Below the pieces are notes generated by a model. That model was given only the letters and a program-made list of their open reading frames with translations. It had not been told where the DNA came from and did not search any database. From Corallochytrium limacisporum Hawaii (Eukaryota; Protista; Pluriformea), in NCBI GenBank assembly GCA_002811645.1, contig PDIP01000094.1, forward strand, positions 20,596 through 84,595: a stretch of DNA of 64,000 nucleotides, written 5' to 3'. Shown piece by piece: positions 12,777 through 24,221 of the stretch. The number at the start of each line of letters is the position of its first letter. The first letter of the stretch is position 1. The position numbers and the translations under genes are program-made.

Positions 12777-12779
<3 letters not shown>

Positions 12780-14447
12780 GTTCCGGGTTTTTTTTTTCTA
12801 CCCCAAAGGGAGAGAGGTGAGAAGTAAAGGGAGAAGGAGAGCAAGAGAAACGAGGTGGTGGGGAAGGGGGGGGGACGGCGGCCTCATGAGTTTTGTGTCA
12901 GCTCCAGGGAGAGAAGGCGAGGAGGAGGAGGCCTCGCGGGAGGGGGGCCTACCTAGCGGCTTGCATGCACACTCCCGGCCTAGCACGCCTTGTGCTCATT
13001 TGATTGGGGTGCCATACTGTGTTGCAAGGGCCAGTGTCTGGTAATTTCATAGTGAGCGTACCACAGATCGGGAACGGGTGAAATCGAAAAGAAACAACAT
13101 GCACCTGGGGGGGGGGAGGCGCGCAAAAATGTCTCTGCGACGAAAAACCCGGGATGGGCCCACCGATCTTCATAGTGAACGTACTGAAGTCGTAAAATAT
13201 CCAGAACCGGGCAGGCCGCTGGCTTGGTATCACGAAAGGGTTCACCATATAGGTCTTCCAAAATCACAGTATCGATCACTCATATTAATTACCTCATGGT
13301 TTTTCCGTTTGACAATATACCTATGCCGTTCAGGGCTGCAGTACGGCACGGGTCGGGCTTACAATTTGTTCAGGAAGTAAAGACAAAAAAGGCTGCGAAC
13401 GTCTGGTCTCGATCCCATACTGAATATAGTGCCATAGTTCGGGAGTCCAAAAAAAATCCATCCAGGAACACCCGGTGTGCCACAGTGGTAGGTGTGTCTT
13501 GGAAGGCGGACGAAGGGGACCCCAGCCCTCGGCGGTTGGATGCCTCCGAGCTTCTCGAGATTCTTAATTTCCTCAGCCTGGTGCGGTACAAAGTGTATGG
13601 CAGGCCGCTCCCCGCGGGGGAAGGAAAAGGGGAGAAGGAGGGGAAGGAGGGGAGGGGGAGGCAGGGAAAAGGGGAGGGCGAGGCCGAATGTGGTCCGGGT
13701 TGCAGGGTGGTGTGTACGTGTATTTTGAAAAAGGCTAGGGGAGGGGGGGGGAGGCAAAACAAAAAATGGTTCCGGGCTGACCCCTGTGTTTGACCAAAGA
13801 CAGCGAGAATATTGGGGGGGGGGGCAAGTGGGAGGGGGAGAGAGAGAGAGAGAGAGACCCAGCGGGCCCCCCGGGGGGGGGGTCCAACACCAAAAAGAAA
13901 AGGAAAGAAACCTTTTTTTTTGCCGTCCCCCTTTCACTCTCCCCTCCCCCATTTCTCTTCTGAGGAAATTTGGAGGAGGAAGCGACGGAGAGTTCAGAGG
14001 ACCATTGTAACCAAAAAAAATTAAGAGCTATTGCGCATCAAATGCGAATGGTTATGCAGTGGCTGCGTGACCTTGCCCCTTGCATCAATAAAGAACACCA
14101 GCATTCAGTGACCAAGAAAAAGTTGTGTTTATTGTACGGGTGAGCAGACAAGGACATGGAGACTTGGGTGCTACTTGAAAGTGCATACGTAGGAAATCAA
14201 GCATCAGTACCTTTTTAAGCTCCATTAGAAATATCGACGGAGGACTGTGAGGAAGTCATAGTTAAGTTGAGCGAAAGACCAAACAAGAGAAGAACAACAT
14301 ATTCAAGGGTTAAACAATGTGCAGTTCTATTCAGACGGCCTTATAAGAGAAAGAAGATAAACTGTGTTGGTTGTTTATTGAAATCACGGATACAAAGGGA
14401 GTAAATTTTCATACGTTTTAAAGAATTTTTCCATCATCTCTGGGCCA

Positions 14448-16904
14448 ATGCCTATGAACACAACATCCAAGATGACGGGTGGACTCTTTAACGATTTCAG
14501 CTTCAACCACTCGCCACAATATGACCGAGATCTGAATCTCGAAGACATTGACGCGCTTTTAAAGGGTACAGCCTCTAAGCAGCACCACCACCAGCAGCAG
14601 CAGCAGCAGCATGCGACCGCCGCCGGTCTCAATGGCAATGGACCGGTTCACCCAGCAGCAGCAAACGGAGGAGTACCAAAGAAGGGGGATACACTTAACG
14701 CTTTGCGTTTCTTTAATGACAGCACCCGCAACAGTAACAACGGCTCCAGGCCAATTACCCTGAACCAGTTTGGTGCTGGCCAGTCACTTGGCGGCACCGC
14801 TGTCGACGTGGACCCGACCCGCCTGGGTATTGACACAATGGCGTTTGGTCCAGGTTCGTCGGCTGGCAATATCTTTGCCCACGATGATCCCCTCGGAAAT
14901 ACACTAATCGATGATGTGGTTGGTCCCTCGGAGACCTTCGAGGGTTCCTTCAACCCTTGGGACCTCTTTGACGGTGGAGAAATGAGTAGTGCATCCCCTG
15001 GCAGCCCCACACTGCAGAACTTCAGCCAAGAACCCCTCTTTGGCTTTGATGACATCTTTAATTCAGGCGGTAACAAGAAGGCAGCTGAAAACAACCTGTT
15101 CCTTCCTGGGGCCGCCGCCTCAGCACGATCTGGACTTGCAGTTTCCGGCGCTGGTCGCAAGAGGAAGCTTAGCCAAACCCAGTCGATGCCCGATGCTGGC
15201 CGCCTTCTGGAAGACATGGGCTTCCATGGCGCTCCCCTCACTCGTTCTGAGGATACCAACCTTATGTGGCAGCAGCAACAGAGACAGATGCAGATGAAGC
15301 AAAAACAGGAACTTGATGAACAGAAGTACGGTGGTGCAAGCAGCGGGACCTCAGCAGCAGCCGCTTCAGCGGCCGGTGGGTCTACCCAGCACCTTGGCGC
15401 AGGCGCCTCATCCGTCGCCTCGACCACGGTTGGTCCGGGACACGGCAGTGGCCTGTTTGACCCTCTGCAGCGGCGCACCACCGGATCTCCGGGTCCCTTC
15501 AATCAGCAGAGCCCTGGAGCACGGGCACCCCCCCGCATCGGATCTCCCATTGCCTCACCACGCAGTGTGGTGAGCAACCGGTCAGAAAGCCAGAGTGATG
15601 TACAGCGCCTGGATCCCTCTGGTAAGGACACTCGCAACCCCGAGGACCAGCAGAAGTTGATTCCTCTGGTGCGCAGCACTCTGATGACCAACCGTCGCGC
15701 CCTGGAGCGCCGCACTCTGATCCTGCGGAACCCTCGCGTGACTCAAAAGTCATACGGTACAGAGAAGCGTTTCTGCTGCCCGCCTCCTACCGCCCACTTT
15801 GTTGGTGACGGCTGGACTGGTGGTGTTGACCTCACCATGGCAGTTGGTGATGACGCAGAACCGCAGAGGATTGTAGTGGACGAGGACGGCCGGGCCATTG
15901 CAAAGAACCTCTACGTCAGCGACAAGGAAGGCCGTCGAGCCTTCCCTGTCAAAGCCGACATTTGCACTCCACAGGGACTCAAGGTGGGGGTCTTTGAATC
16001 CAAGCCCATCAAGGTCATTTCCAAGCCGTCCAAGAAGAAGCAAAGCAGCAAGAGTAGTGATCTGAGCATCTTTTCGGGAACTGAGGTGTCTCTCTTCAAC
16101 CGTCTGCGCAGCCAAACTGTGAGCACCAAGTATCTCACGGTCGCACAGTCGGGTCATGGCGAAGGCCAGCGCGGCCGCAATATGACATTGCAGGCAGACA
16201 ACACTCGTTGGACCTCTTTCCGTCTGCACACTGTCGATCCGGACCAGGATGATATGTTTGTGCCCAACATTGCCCTGCGCTATGGTCACCACGTAGTTCT
16301 TGAGTGCCCGGAGACTGGCATGCGCAGCTGCACCATGCTGCTTCTCAAGGTTGACAAGGGTCAGGTCTATGCCAAGGGTAACGAACCCGTGAGCCAGCTG
16401 CACAAGGTTGCATTCGCAGTTCCTGCCAGCTCTGGCGGTGGCATTCACGGCGGGTTCCTGGGAGTGAGCAGCGAGGATGTAATCATTGTTGATAACGACG
16501 GCTCCGGTAAGGTTTCTGATTCTGCCACCTGGACCATTACCAGCACGGACACGGCGCAATATTCGTTCTATGTGCCTTCCTGGCCACCGTCGGAACCCCT
16601 CACTCCCGCCCCCTTCGTTGACGTGGTCCGCGTGCAGGGCTCCACTGTTGAATTACACGGCCAGAACCTTTCCCGAGATCTGCAGGTCTGGTTCGATGCT
16701 GTACCAGCAACAACAATCTTCCGCAGTAAGGAGTACATTATTTGTGTGCCTCCACGCTGCATTGAGGTAACCGATGGACGCATGCGGTACCCGCCAGGTC
16801 CCGACCCACTCGAGGTTCGCTTGACTCTGGTTCGTGACAATGGTGTTATCTTTGACACCGGCAAGGTGTACTCATACATGCCACAACCTCGTGCGTTCTT
16901 CTAA
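14448..16904 (+). CDS. RBPJ: CSL (CBF1/Su(H)/Lag-1) transcription factor with long low-complexity N-terminus
   Basis: VTQKSYGTEKRFCCPPP, LYVSD, SKPIKVISKPSKKKQS, VSLFNRLRSQTVSTKYL, EPVSQLHKVAF (LAG1 DNA-binding and beta-trefoil domains), plus a C-terminal IPT domain (ELHGQNLSRDLQVWF...LVRDNGVIF). Start could be 14448, 14454 or 14472. Confidence 0.96.
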   Translation: MPMNTTSKMTGGLFNDFSFNHSPQYDRDLNLEDIDALLKGTASKQHHHQQQQQQHATAAGLNGNGPVHPAAANGGVPKKGDTLNALRFFNDSTRNSNNGSRPITLNQFGAGQSLGGTAVDVDPTRLGIDTMAFGPGSSAGNIFAHDDPLGNTLIDDVVGPSETFEGSFNPWDLFDGGEMSSASPGSPTLQNFSQEPLFGFDDIFNSGGNKKAAENNLFLPGAAASARSGLAVSGAGRKRKLSQTQSMPDAGRLLEDMGFHGAPLTRSEDTNLMWQQQQRQMQMKQKQELDEQKYGGASSGTSAAAASAAGGSTQHLGAGASSVASTTVGPGHGSGLFDPLQRRTTGSPGPFNQQSPGARAPPRIGSPIASPRSVVSNRSESQSDVQRLDPSGKDTRNPEDQQKLIPLVRSTLMTNRRALERRTLILRNPRVTQKSYGTEKRFCCPPPTAHFVGDGWTGGVDLTMAVGDDAEPQRIVVDEDGRAIAKNLYVSDKEGRRAFPVKADICTPQGLKVGVFESKPIKVISKPSKKKQSSKSSDLSIFSGTEVSLFNRLRSQTVSTKYLTVAQSGHGEGQRGRNMTLQADNTRWTSFRLHTVDPDQDDMFVPNIALRYGHHVVLECPETGMRSCTMLLLKVDKGQVYAKGNEPVSQLHKVAFAVPASSGGGIHGGFLGVSSEDVIIVDNDGSGKVSDSATWTITSTDTAQYSFYVPSWPPSEPLTPAPFVDVVRVQGSTVELHGQNLSRDLQVWFDAVPATTIFRSKEYIICVPPRCIEVTDGRMRYPPGPDPLEVRLTLVRDNGVIFDTGKVYSYMPQPRAFF

Positions 16905-17767
16905 TTGTCCGGGATATGGTGACAAAGTAGTGTTCACCCAGTTCTTTGCCCCTTCGGAACGTCACAAGTCATATCATAAGACAGAGACAAAGAAAATGGT
17001 CAAGGCATTGACTCTGTGTACATGCCACACCAAATCATTAAAAGTATAAGATTTCGTTTAACTCAAAGTTTGTTAGAATATCGCGCCATCGCATGGTCCG
17101 ACCACCTTGTCACTTGGAAATTTCCTGCCAGAAGTTGTGTGTGCGGACGTGTATTAGAAAGCCGGCTCCGGCCGAACCCGGACCACATTGAAATTTGGCC
17201 GAATATTCCTGCTCACCGCTTCCCAATGTACATTGCATTTCTATACAAACCCAGAGCAGGCTGATCAACCCCACCCATAATGGAGGGGTAGGGAGCCAGG
17301 GGTGGGGAGCGGAGCGGTAAGGGAGACAAGGGGAAGTAAGGGTGAGAAACAGTGGGAGAGTTGGATCACGGGGGGAACGGGACCGGGCCCGAAAACACCC
17401 CGGGGGGAAAATAATGGGCAAGGGGAACCGACCCTCCAAAGAGCGAGGCGGCCGGCCGGGGGAGGGGGTTGGGGGGATGGGGTGGAGAGGGACGATCGAG
17501 GAAACACACAGGGAGCCGGTGGAGATGGGCCACCGCGAGCCGGTGGAGGAGAGCGATCCACCTGAAGCATATCTACGGTTCGAAGGAGCTTTTGCCTGGT
17601 GGGGAGAAGGGGGAGGGGAGGGGGGGGGGAAGGAGAAATAAAAAAAGTAAAACGCCAGTGCGGAAGTGGGGGGGTACCCGAACTAAGTTCTTGGGAAGCA
17701 CATGAAAAATTAGCGATTAGGACGAATGGTACAATCGTTGGACCTATTTTCTTCACTCCTTTATCGT

Positions 17768-20700
17768 TTACACCAATCCAAAGCCGTGGTAGTTCTCGAT
17801 GGCTAAGAGAAGCTTGCGCCGAAGCGTGTCCATGTCTCTGTACTCGGGCAGGTCGAGGATATTGAAGCACGTGTGAGCTACGGGCAGACGGTTGCCATCC
17901 GTACCGCTGCGTTGGATTACAAATTGTAGACTCTCGAATCCACGGACGGGCACTCGGTCATTACCAGTGCAAAATACTAGAAACTTCTTCTTCATTTCCA
18001 TGCTGAGTTCGTTAAAAACGGTCCAGAACATGCGGATGGTCGGATGATTCACGTCGTACCCATTGGCATAACGCGTGTTGCGCTCCAGTGCCTTGAAGTC
18101 GTAGATCTGCCCACCAATGACCAACGTCATCAGTTCTTCTGCATTGAACATCTCCAGCACCGGACCTCCGCAAACAAAGAGGAAACCTTCCATGAAGTTC
18201 TGGAAAGCATCCTTGCAGCGGTCCTGCACAAAGTGACGGATGTACAGGGAGATGTACTCGTGACGATTGTTTTTGGTAACAGGCACCTTACTGCCGTTCT
18301 CAATCAGGTCAAAGTTCTTCAGCTCGCCCACTATCTCATAGCTGACGCTGAAGGTCAATTGAAACACGTCTTCAAAGTCATCTTCGTCATAATCCTCCAG
18401 ATACTGGAGGTTTTTGGCAACCACTGGCATCATGATGGCAAAGTCATCCAGTGTAATCTCTTGCCCGAGTAGTCTCTTATACAGCACGATGGGGAACTTC
18501 AGGTCGATGATGGTGAAATTGTATATGGCCAGGCCGCAAATGACGCCCACGACACGGTACATCATCGGATCCTCCCATGACTGGGGACTGAACCAGATAT
18601 ACTGCGAATCTTCGAGGACTGTGAACATGCCATAGTCCGGCGACGTTAGGTCGCGTACCACCAACATGAAAAACTCTTTCCGCACGCCGCCCTCGTCCAC
18701 AGCGTCCTCACCAATGAACTGAACCCGCAGGGGTTTCTTGAAGTCTTTGCTGGTGTTAATCTGCGCCAGTGTATCCTGCAGCAGGTGGTCCCGTCGCACA
18801 GTAAAGACCAGAAATGGATTCTGTTGGCCAGGTAGGCCTTGTGTACCTAACATGGAGGTCATGACCTTCTGTTGCATTACCAGTGCCGCATGGTAGTGGA
18901 GAAGTCCTACTTTCGTGGCAGGGTCGAAGAGGTACGGGTGACTGCAGTACGAGAAACTGCTCTTGGTCTGTGGGTCCACCCAACGCATAAAGTCCTCCGA
19001 CAGATTCAGCTTGCACACTGCCGCATTGTAGAATGTTTGGTGCGGTAGACGAGTCACTATGTGGGTGGCACGGTCCGCAGAACTTACAGTGTGCGCATAG
19101 TCCGATTCTATCGCCCGATGGTTCTGACCTCGTAACTCTCTGTTCACATTCCACAAGGTGTCCAAGAAGGTGACCGCACTTACGATGCCTTGCATATCCT
19201 TGTGTTTCTCGAGGTAGTACTCAATAGCATTATGCATCACCGTTATCGCCCTGTGAAAACTTGCGTCTGGGAGCTCGGCCAAAAACCGACGGAATTGCTC
19301 CTTCGGTGTCCCCTGCAGGGCCATTTGTATACCACAGAGATATTTGATGGCACTGGAATGATGCACGGGCTCCATGAAAACAGGGCATTCCAAACATATA
19401 AACAGAACTGTGAGCTGCTCTACGAAATTGATCTTGATGCGTGCGAGCTCTCCAATCGCTTTACAGACGCCATTACCAATACTGAGCCGAAGCAGTTCGT
19501 CACCGTATTTCCATATAGCATTGAAGAGAAGTGCCGCTGATTCGGTGTCCACAAAGAGCCTATCAAGAGGATCACCTGGAGGCCGACGAATGAAGCTTCC
19601 ATTGATACACGCTGCAGAAGAGAACAATGTCTGCATATCTTTGCTCTTGACGGTATCCATGAGCACCCGGGCATGCCGATGCTGCTCTTCGTCGTCAAAG
19701 GTTGCTTGTTCATACACCTTGGCCATCATCCGCGCCTCATCAGCGGAGAGAGTCACTGGAATGCTGCCAGCCGTCCAAATCCGTTGGTCCCACAATTGAC
19801 TCGCAACCTGCTCTTTCCTTGCCTGCTCTTCGACTTCCTTACCATCCAGTGAAGTGACGGCAAACACGCTGTGATTGCCGCCAGCAAATACCCGGCTACC
19901 TATTAAACATTTGCCATCCTCAGACCATTTGCCCAATGAGGGCGCTACAGCCTGCGGCAATGTGATCATGTCTGGAGCTCCAGCATCGGACAGGCCCAGC
20001 TGGCCATTGCCGTTTGCCCCAAAGGCCAAAATCTTTCCTGACTTTGTTACGGCAAGGGTGTGTGCTTCACCAGCATGAATTTGCACAACTTCAGTTCCCA
20101 TGAGATCGATGACCTGGCGCGGATTACTTTGATGTTTGCGATCACCATGGCCCAACTGACCACTACTGCCAGCTCCAAAAGTAAAGATCGATCCACTTCG
20201 TGTCAAAGCAACTGTGTGGTGTTTTCCGCATGCAATCTCCCGAACTTCTGCATGCAAAAGGCTGCGAATCACATGTGGTCGCTCAGTGTGCTTCGTACTA
20301 CCTGTGCCTAGTTGCCCAAACTCGTTGCACCCGAAACCGTATAGTACTCCTAGTGCACTCAATGCGACGAAGTGGTATCCACCAGCAGCAATCTTGACAA
20401 TCGGACAGTGTTCCAGCAAGCGAACCATCGCAGGATAGCCGTCGCTCACCCAATTTGATAACCCTAGCTGGCCATTACCATTATCACCCCAGCAGAACAG
20501 TTTGCCATCCCTACTCAGCGCATAGCTGGAGGTCAACGATACTGCAATTGCAACAACGGCAGTCTCAGACTGACCTGGTCCGAAGCCCTTGATGCGGCGC
20601 GGTCTTTCCACCCGCTCTTCGACCCGTCCGTGGCCAAGCTGACCCTGGCTATTGTCGCCCCACGAATAAACGGCTCCGTTTGAGGCCAATGCCAAAGTAT

Positions 20701-21403
20701 GTGCCTGCCCGCAGGCGACCTGAACAAAAGTTTGTGTCTCAAGCGCATCCAAGCGCTCCAGATGAGTTCGCCGCGGCTTTTTGTGTCCTAATTGGCCGTG
20801 ATCATTGCTACCACATACGTAGATGACACCATCTTGACCAATTAATGCAGTGTGGTGTGATCCGAGGGATGCAGCGCTAACGGACTTTGCTGAAAATGAT
20901 TCAATCATACGTGGTTTCTTCACCGCGATGTCATCAATGCCACCAAGGCCAAGCTGCCCACTGTCTGCGCGCCCACACACATACAGACCTTGTTCTTCCG
21001 TAGCAATGGGTGACAGGTCCTCCATTATCGATGATGAGGTTCGGTGTGACACAGCAGAATTGACTATTGACCCGTTGAACTTGAGTGCTGCTCCATTGTC
21101 GCCGGAAATGCCGTTGGCGAGGGTCATGGCTTCCTCAGTCTTCTCAATAGCAATTTCTACTGATTTGCTCTCTGTCAGCTCCACCTGCTGACTGGGTCCC
21201 TCCTTACTACCTGGAGGGTTGACGCATTGCTGACGGATACCAGACTCGTCCTTGAAGAACTTCCTCTGAGGCTGTTCTAATTCTGCCGATTCGGTTGGGT
21301 CCTTCTCCGCAATATGCGTCTCTGGGTGTTCTGGCGCAGTGTTAATGCTGGATTGCCCTTGTCCACCCTTGTGATCCTTCCCAAACGGCCAAAAGGAGAC
21401 CAT
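17768..21403 (-). CDS. HERC4: Small HERC-type E3 ubiquitin ligase (RCC1 repeats + HECT), HERC3/4-like
   Basis: Multiple RCC1 repeats (GQLG ... VACGQAHTLAL). HECT domain with FIGEDAVDEGGVRKEFF and catalytic LPVAHTCFNILDLP. Confidence 0.93.
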   Translation of the reverse strand: MVSFWPFGKDHKGGQGQSSINTAPEHPETHIAEKDPTESAELEQPQRKFFKDESGIRQQCVNPPGSKEGPSQQVELTESKSVEIAIEKTEEAMTLANGISGDNGAALKFNGSIVNSAVSHRTSSSIMEDLSPIATEEQGLYVCGRADSGQLGLGGIDDIAVKKPRMIESFSAKSVSAASLGSHHTALIGQDGVIYVCGSNDHGQLGHKKPRRTHLERLDALETQTFVQVACGQAHTLALASNGAVYSWGDNSQGQLGHGRVEERVERPRRIKGFGPGQSETAVVAIAVSLTSSYALSRDGKLFCWGDNGNGQLGLSNWVSDGYPAMVRLLEHCPIVKIAAGGYHFVALSALGVLYGFGCNEFGQLGTGSTKHTERPHVIRSLLHAEVREIACGKHHTVALTRSGSIFTFGAGSSGQLGHGDRKHQSNPRQVIDLMGTEVVQIHAGEAHTLAVTKSGKILAFGANGNGQLGLSDAGAPDMITLPQAVAPSLGKWSEDGKCLIGSRVFAGGNHSVFAVTSLDGKEVEEQARKEQVASQLWDQRIWTAGSIPVTLSADEARMMAKVYEQATFDDEEQHRHARVLMDTVKSKDMQTLFSSAACINGSFIRRPPGDPLDRLFVDTESAALLFNAIWKYGDELLRLSIGNGVCKAIGELARIKINFVEQLTVLFICLECPVFMEPVHHSSAIKYLCGIQMALQGTPKEQFRRFLAELPDASFHRAITVMHNAIEYYLEKHKDMQGIVSAVTFLDTLWNVNRELRGQNHRAIESDYAHTVSSADRATHIVTRLPHQTFYNAAVCKLNLSEDFMRWVDPQTKSSFSYCSHPYLFDPATKVGLLHYHAALVMQQKVMTSMLGTQGLPGQQNPFLVFTVRRDHLLQDTLAQINTSKDFKKPLRVQFIGEDAVDEGGVRKEFFMLVVRDLTSPDYGMFTVLEDSQYIWFSPQSWEDPMMYRVVGVICGLAIYNFTIIDLKFPIVLYKRLLGQEITLDDFAIMMPVVAKNLQYLEDYDEDDFEDVFQLTFSVSYEIVGELKNFDLIENGSKVPVTKNNRHEYISLYIRHFVQDRCKDAFQNFMEGFLFVCGGPVLEMFNAEELMTLVIGGQIYDFKALERNTRYANGYDVNHPTIRMFWTVFNELSMEMKKKFLVFCTGNDRVPVRGFESLQFVIQRSGTDGNRLPVAHTCFNILDLPEYRDMDTLRRKLLLAIENYHGFGLV

Positions 21404-22928
21404 ATTTCCTCTTCACTTTAGTTCACTCTCGGCCTCTACATATCCGGTGCTCCTCCGTCTCACGTTCTAAAGTGATGTAAACTCATTTCTCCCGAGGTAT
21501 TGCTATACTCAGTGCGCAGTCGAATTGGAGAACAGCACAGCACTGTGATATCTCACTGCTGTGGACAAGACATGAACCTCATGTACCAGAACACTCTTTG
21601 AAGACTTCTCGGCGCCATTAGCCCCGAAGTGTCTCAGCATTCCTCTTCCCCCCGGGGGGTTTCCCTTGGGCCCCGTGTTACTAGAACGTATTGCGAAGAG
21701 AACAGTTTTTCTGGTAGCTACTGCAGCGGCGGACCCCTACGCCCCGGGAGGGGGGGCGGTCCGGAATACCACGGTACCATAACTGTCTGCGCAGCGAGCA
21801 AAGAAAACAGGCGGGGTGAACCCCCCCACGGGCGCCCGGCACCCCCCCCCCTCTGTGTCCCCATCGCTCCCGACTGCCCCCCCCCCCGGGGGGACCTCCC
21901 CTGCCCTCCTCCTAATTGTCTTTCTCCCTTGTCCTTTTCGTCGTGCTTGCCCGTACTTCCTGAGCCTTCGCTGGGAAATTTCTGTTCCGGAACCAAAAAA
22001 AAACGGGAGAACTACCCAAACCCCCTGCCTGCCCCCGCATAGAGGGGGGGTTGAGCTGCGGGTGGAAGGGGGTGACAGATGTGTCGCCCTGCGTGTGCAC
22101 TACTACTGAGTGCATCACCTGATTTGCGGGGGTCACCAGCAGACGTTGGGATGGGTTTGAAGACGCCGAGCTGGATGAGTCCTGCTCTCCATTCGTGTGA
22201 CAGTGCATGGTGCAGGAACAATCGCGATGTATAGGGTTCTGTTGTGTGTTTGATGACGCTGCATGTTATGTTTGGCAAAGGACAGTCCAAAGTACAGTTG
22301 CAATCCTTCTAGCACCTCGATTGAATGTGATCCGCGTTGCCAATGTTGTTGCGACGGCCACTAGTGACTTGTGATATGTCCGGTTTTATGGTGGTTGCGG
22401 AGAGAAGCGCGCCCAGATGGTAATGATTCAAAGCAGGGACAGGAAAGTTGCTGCGGGTAGCATTGGTAAGCACATCAGCAAATTTGTTTGGAGGGGGCTC
22501 GGGAAGCCGGAGCTAAACCTGGAAGAGTGCGTCATTGGCTTGTTGTCAAAATCCATGATTTGCAGCTGGGCTAACCGCGTTACTATACAAAATGCCCAAA
22601 GATTTAAATCAAAGTCTATACTAAATCAAAAGTATATTATGTATTCACAAATGTGAATCATTACTTGAATCAAAGGAAGCGTTCAGACGGCGGGCGAGTT
22701 TTGGGTTCATGTAATGTAGGCAGTCGTTTGAAATGCAGGTCACAACAAACGGAAAGATTACGCGTGTAAGCGAATATCTTGCTGTTCAGTTTCCGTTGGC
22801 CATGTTGAATAGATTGCGGTGTCTGATTCTGGTATTTACATTTCCAGGGTGTTCACTGAGCGCGTCGTAACCTCGTGATCGTGCATAGTTAGCGGGAACC
22901 GCACTATTCTGATCATTCGTCCTCCACA

Positions 22929-24095
22929 ATGTCAACAGAACTGGAAGATGAAGTTTCGTGGCGTCGTGTGACACTCGCAGAGGGTTCACCTATTCCCAGT
23001 TTCCGACGGTATGCAGCAAGTGAGTTCATCAACGGGAAGATGTATTTGTTCGGAGGGCTGTCATCTGGAAGGCAGGCAGCTGATGATCTGTGGGAATACA
23101 GCCCCGAGAACAAGACATGGAAACAGGTTGAGATCAGCGGACAGAAGCCCCCGGCTAGAGGTGCTTGTTCTTCTGCAGTGATTGGCGGGAAAATGTATGT
23201 TTTCGGAGGCATGGCGGATAAGAAGATGAGATTCAATGACGTCTGGTGCTTTGATCCGGCCACTGCGGCCTGGTCCGAAACTACTACAACCGGCGAGCAA
23301 CCGAGCAGCCGCTCCCAGTGCTCAGGGGCAGTACTAGGGAACCGTTGGCTAATATTTGGAGGATCTTTGAGTTTGAAGAAGCAGGATGGTGCCCTCTGGG
23401 AGCTTACAATAGGTAAGTCTTTGTTTCTGTGATATTTGCATCTTAACTTGTTTGTTAGTGTTTGTTTGTTGATCTGGACTCATGACGTCTAACGTTCCTC
23501 AAATGTTTTTCTTCTTAACTAAACAGACGACACTGGAAGTGGTCGATGGCAGTGTCTCTTCGATGCAGGTGAAAGTTCTCGATCCATCACACCTCGTGCA
23601 GGTGCTCTAATGTGGCACCACAAGGCCCGACTTCATGTCCTTGGTGGCTTTGCCGGTGAAGGCGAGGATGAGCATCTCAGTGACGCGTACGTCCTGGACC
23701 TCGCACAACTGACAGGTGATGGGTCTGCGTCGTGGACTGAACTTGAGCTCTCCGGCGCGCTACCCGGCACGGGCCGTGGTATTAACGGAGTTGTCTACGA
23801 AGGTGGCGTCTTCGTCTATGGCGGCTACGGTGGGGGCAAACCGGTCGGCGAGCTATTCTATGCAAGTACCGTAAACCCGGAGCAATGGAAAGCTGTGGAG
23901 TGCTGGCTTGAATTTGATCCAACCAATGTAGACCTAGCAGCAACGGGATCAATGGGCGTGAAGCCGACTCCACGGTACGGCAATGCCATATGCTTGAACG
24001 ACGATACCCTCATCTCTTTTGGTGGATCAGGGTCGACCTACTTCAATGACATTGTGGAATTTGTCTTACCGAGAACCGTACCGATACAGAAGTAG
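22929..24095 (+). CDS. Kelch-repeat beta-propeller protein, two exons (22929-23412, 23527-24095), about 350 aa
   Basis: Kelch repeats (KMYLFGG, KMYVFGG, WLIFGG, LHVLGG, VFVYGG, LISFGG) span two ORFs that join in frame through a phase-1 GT-AG intron. Confidence 0.9.
23413..23526 (+). other. Spliceosomal (U2-type) intron, 114 bp
   Basis: AG|GTAAGT donor, T-rich body, CTAAC/TTAAC branch candidates, AACAG| acceptor. Splicing restores the frame (...ELTI-D-DTGSGRW...). Confidence 0.9.
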
Positions 24096-24221
24096 GGAGT
24101 GCCCATGATGTGGTTTTAATACACACCATCTAGTAATCCTTCAAAGAATTTGTTGGCTCTGACCAGTGAGGTAGTGTCTTCTCAGTCTTTCCTGGAGCTG
24201 GAACTACACGTTCGACTACAC

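Noticed and set aside
10124-12823. CSL-type sites upstream of CSL (TGTGGGAA on minus at 10124-10131; GTGAGAA at 10677 and 12817) as autoregulation
   Set aside because: About two GTGRGAA hits are expected by chance in 8 kb; not enriched and not paired.
12389-13044. Cys/Val/His-rich ORFs (CVVCVV, THDTHD)
   Set aside because: Translations of the microsatellite.
23500-23526. TTCTTAAC near the acceptor suggesting a U12 intron
   Set aside because: The donor is GTAAGT (U2 type), not GTATCCTT.
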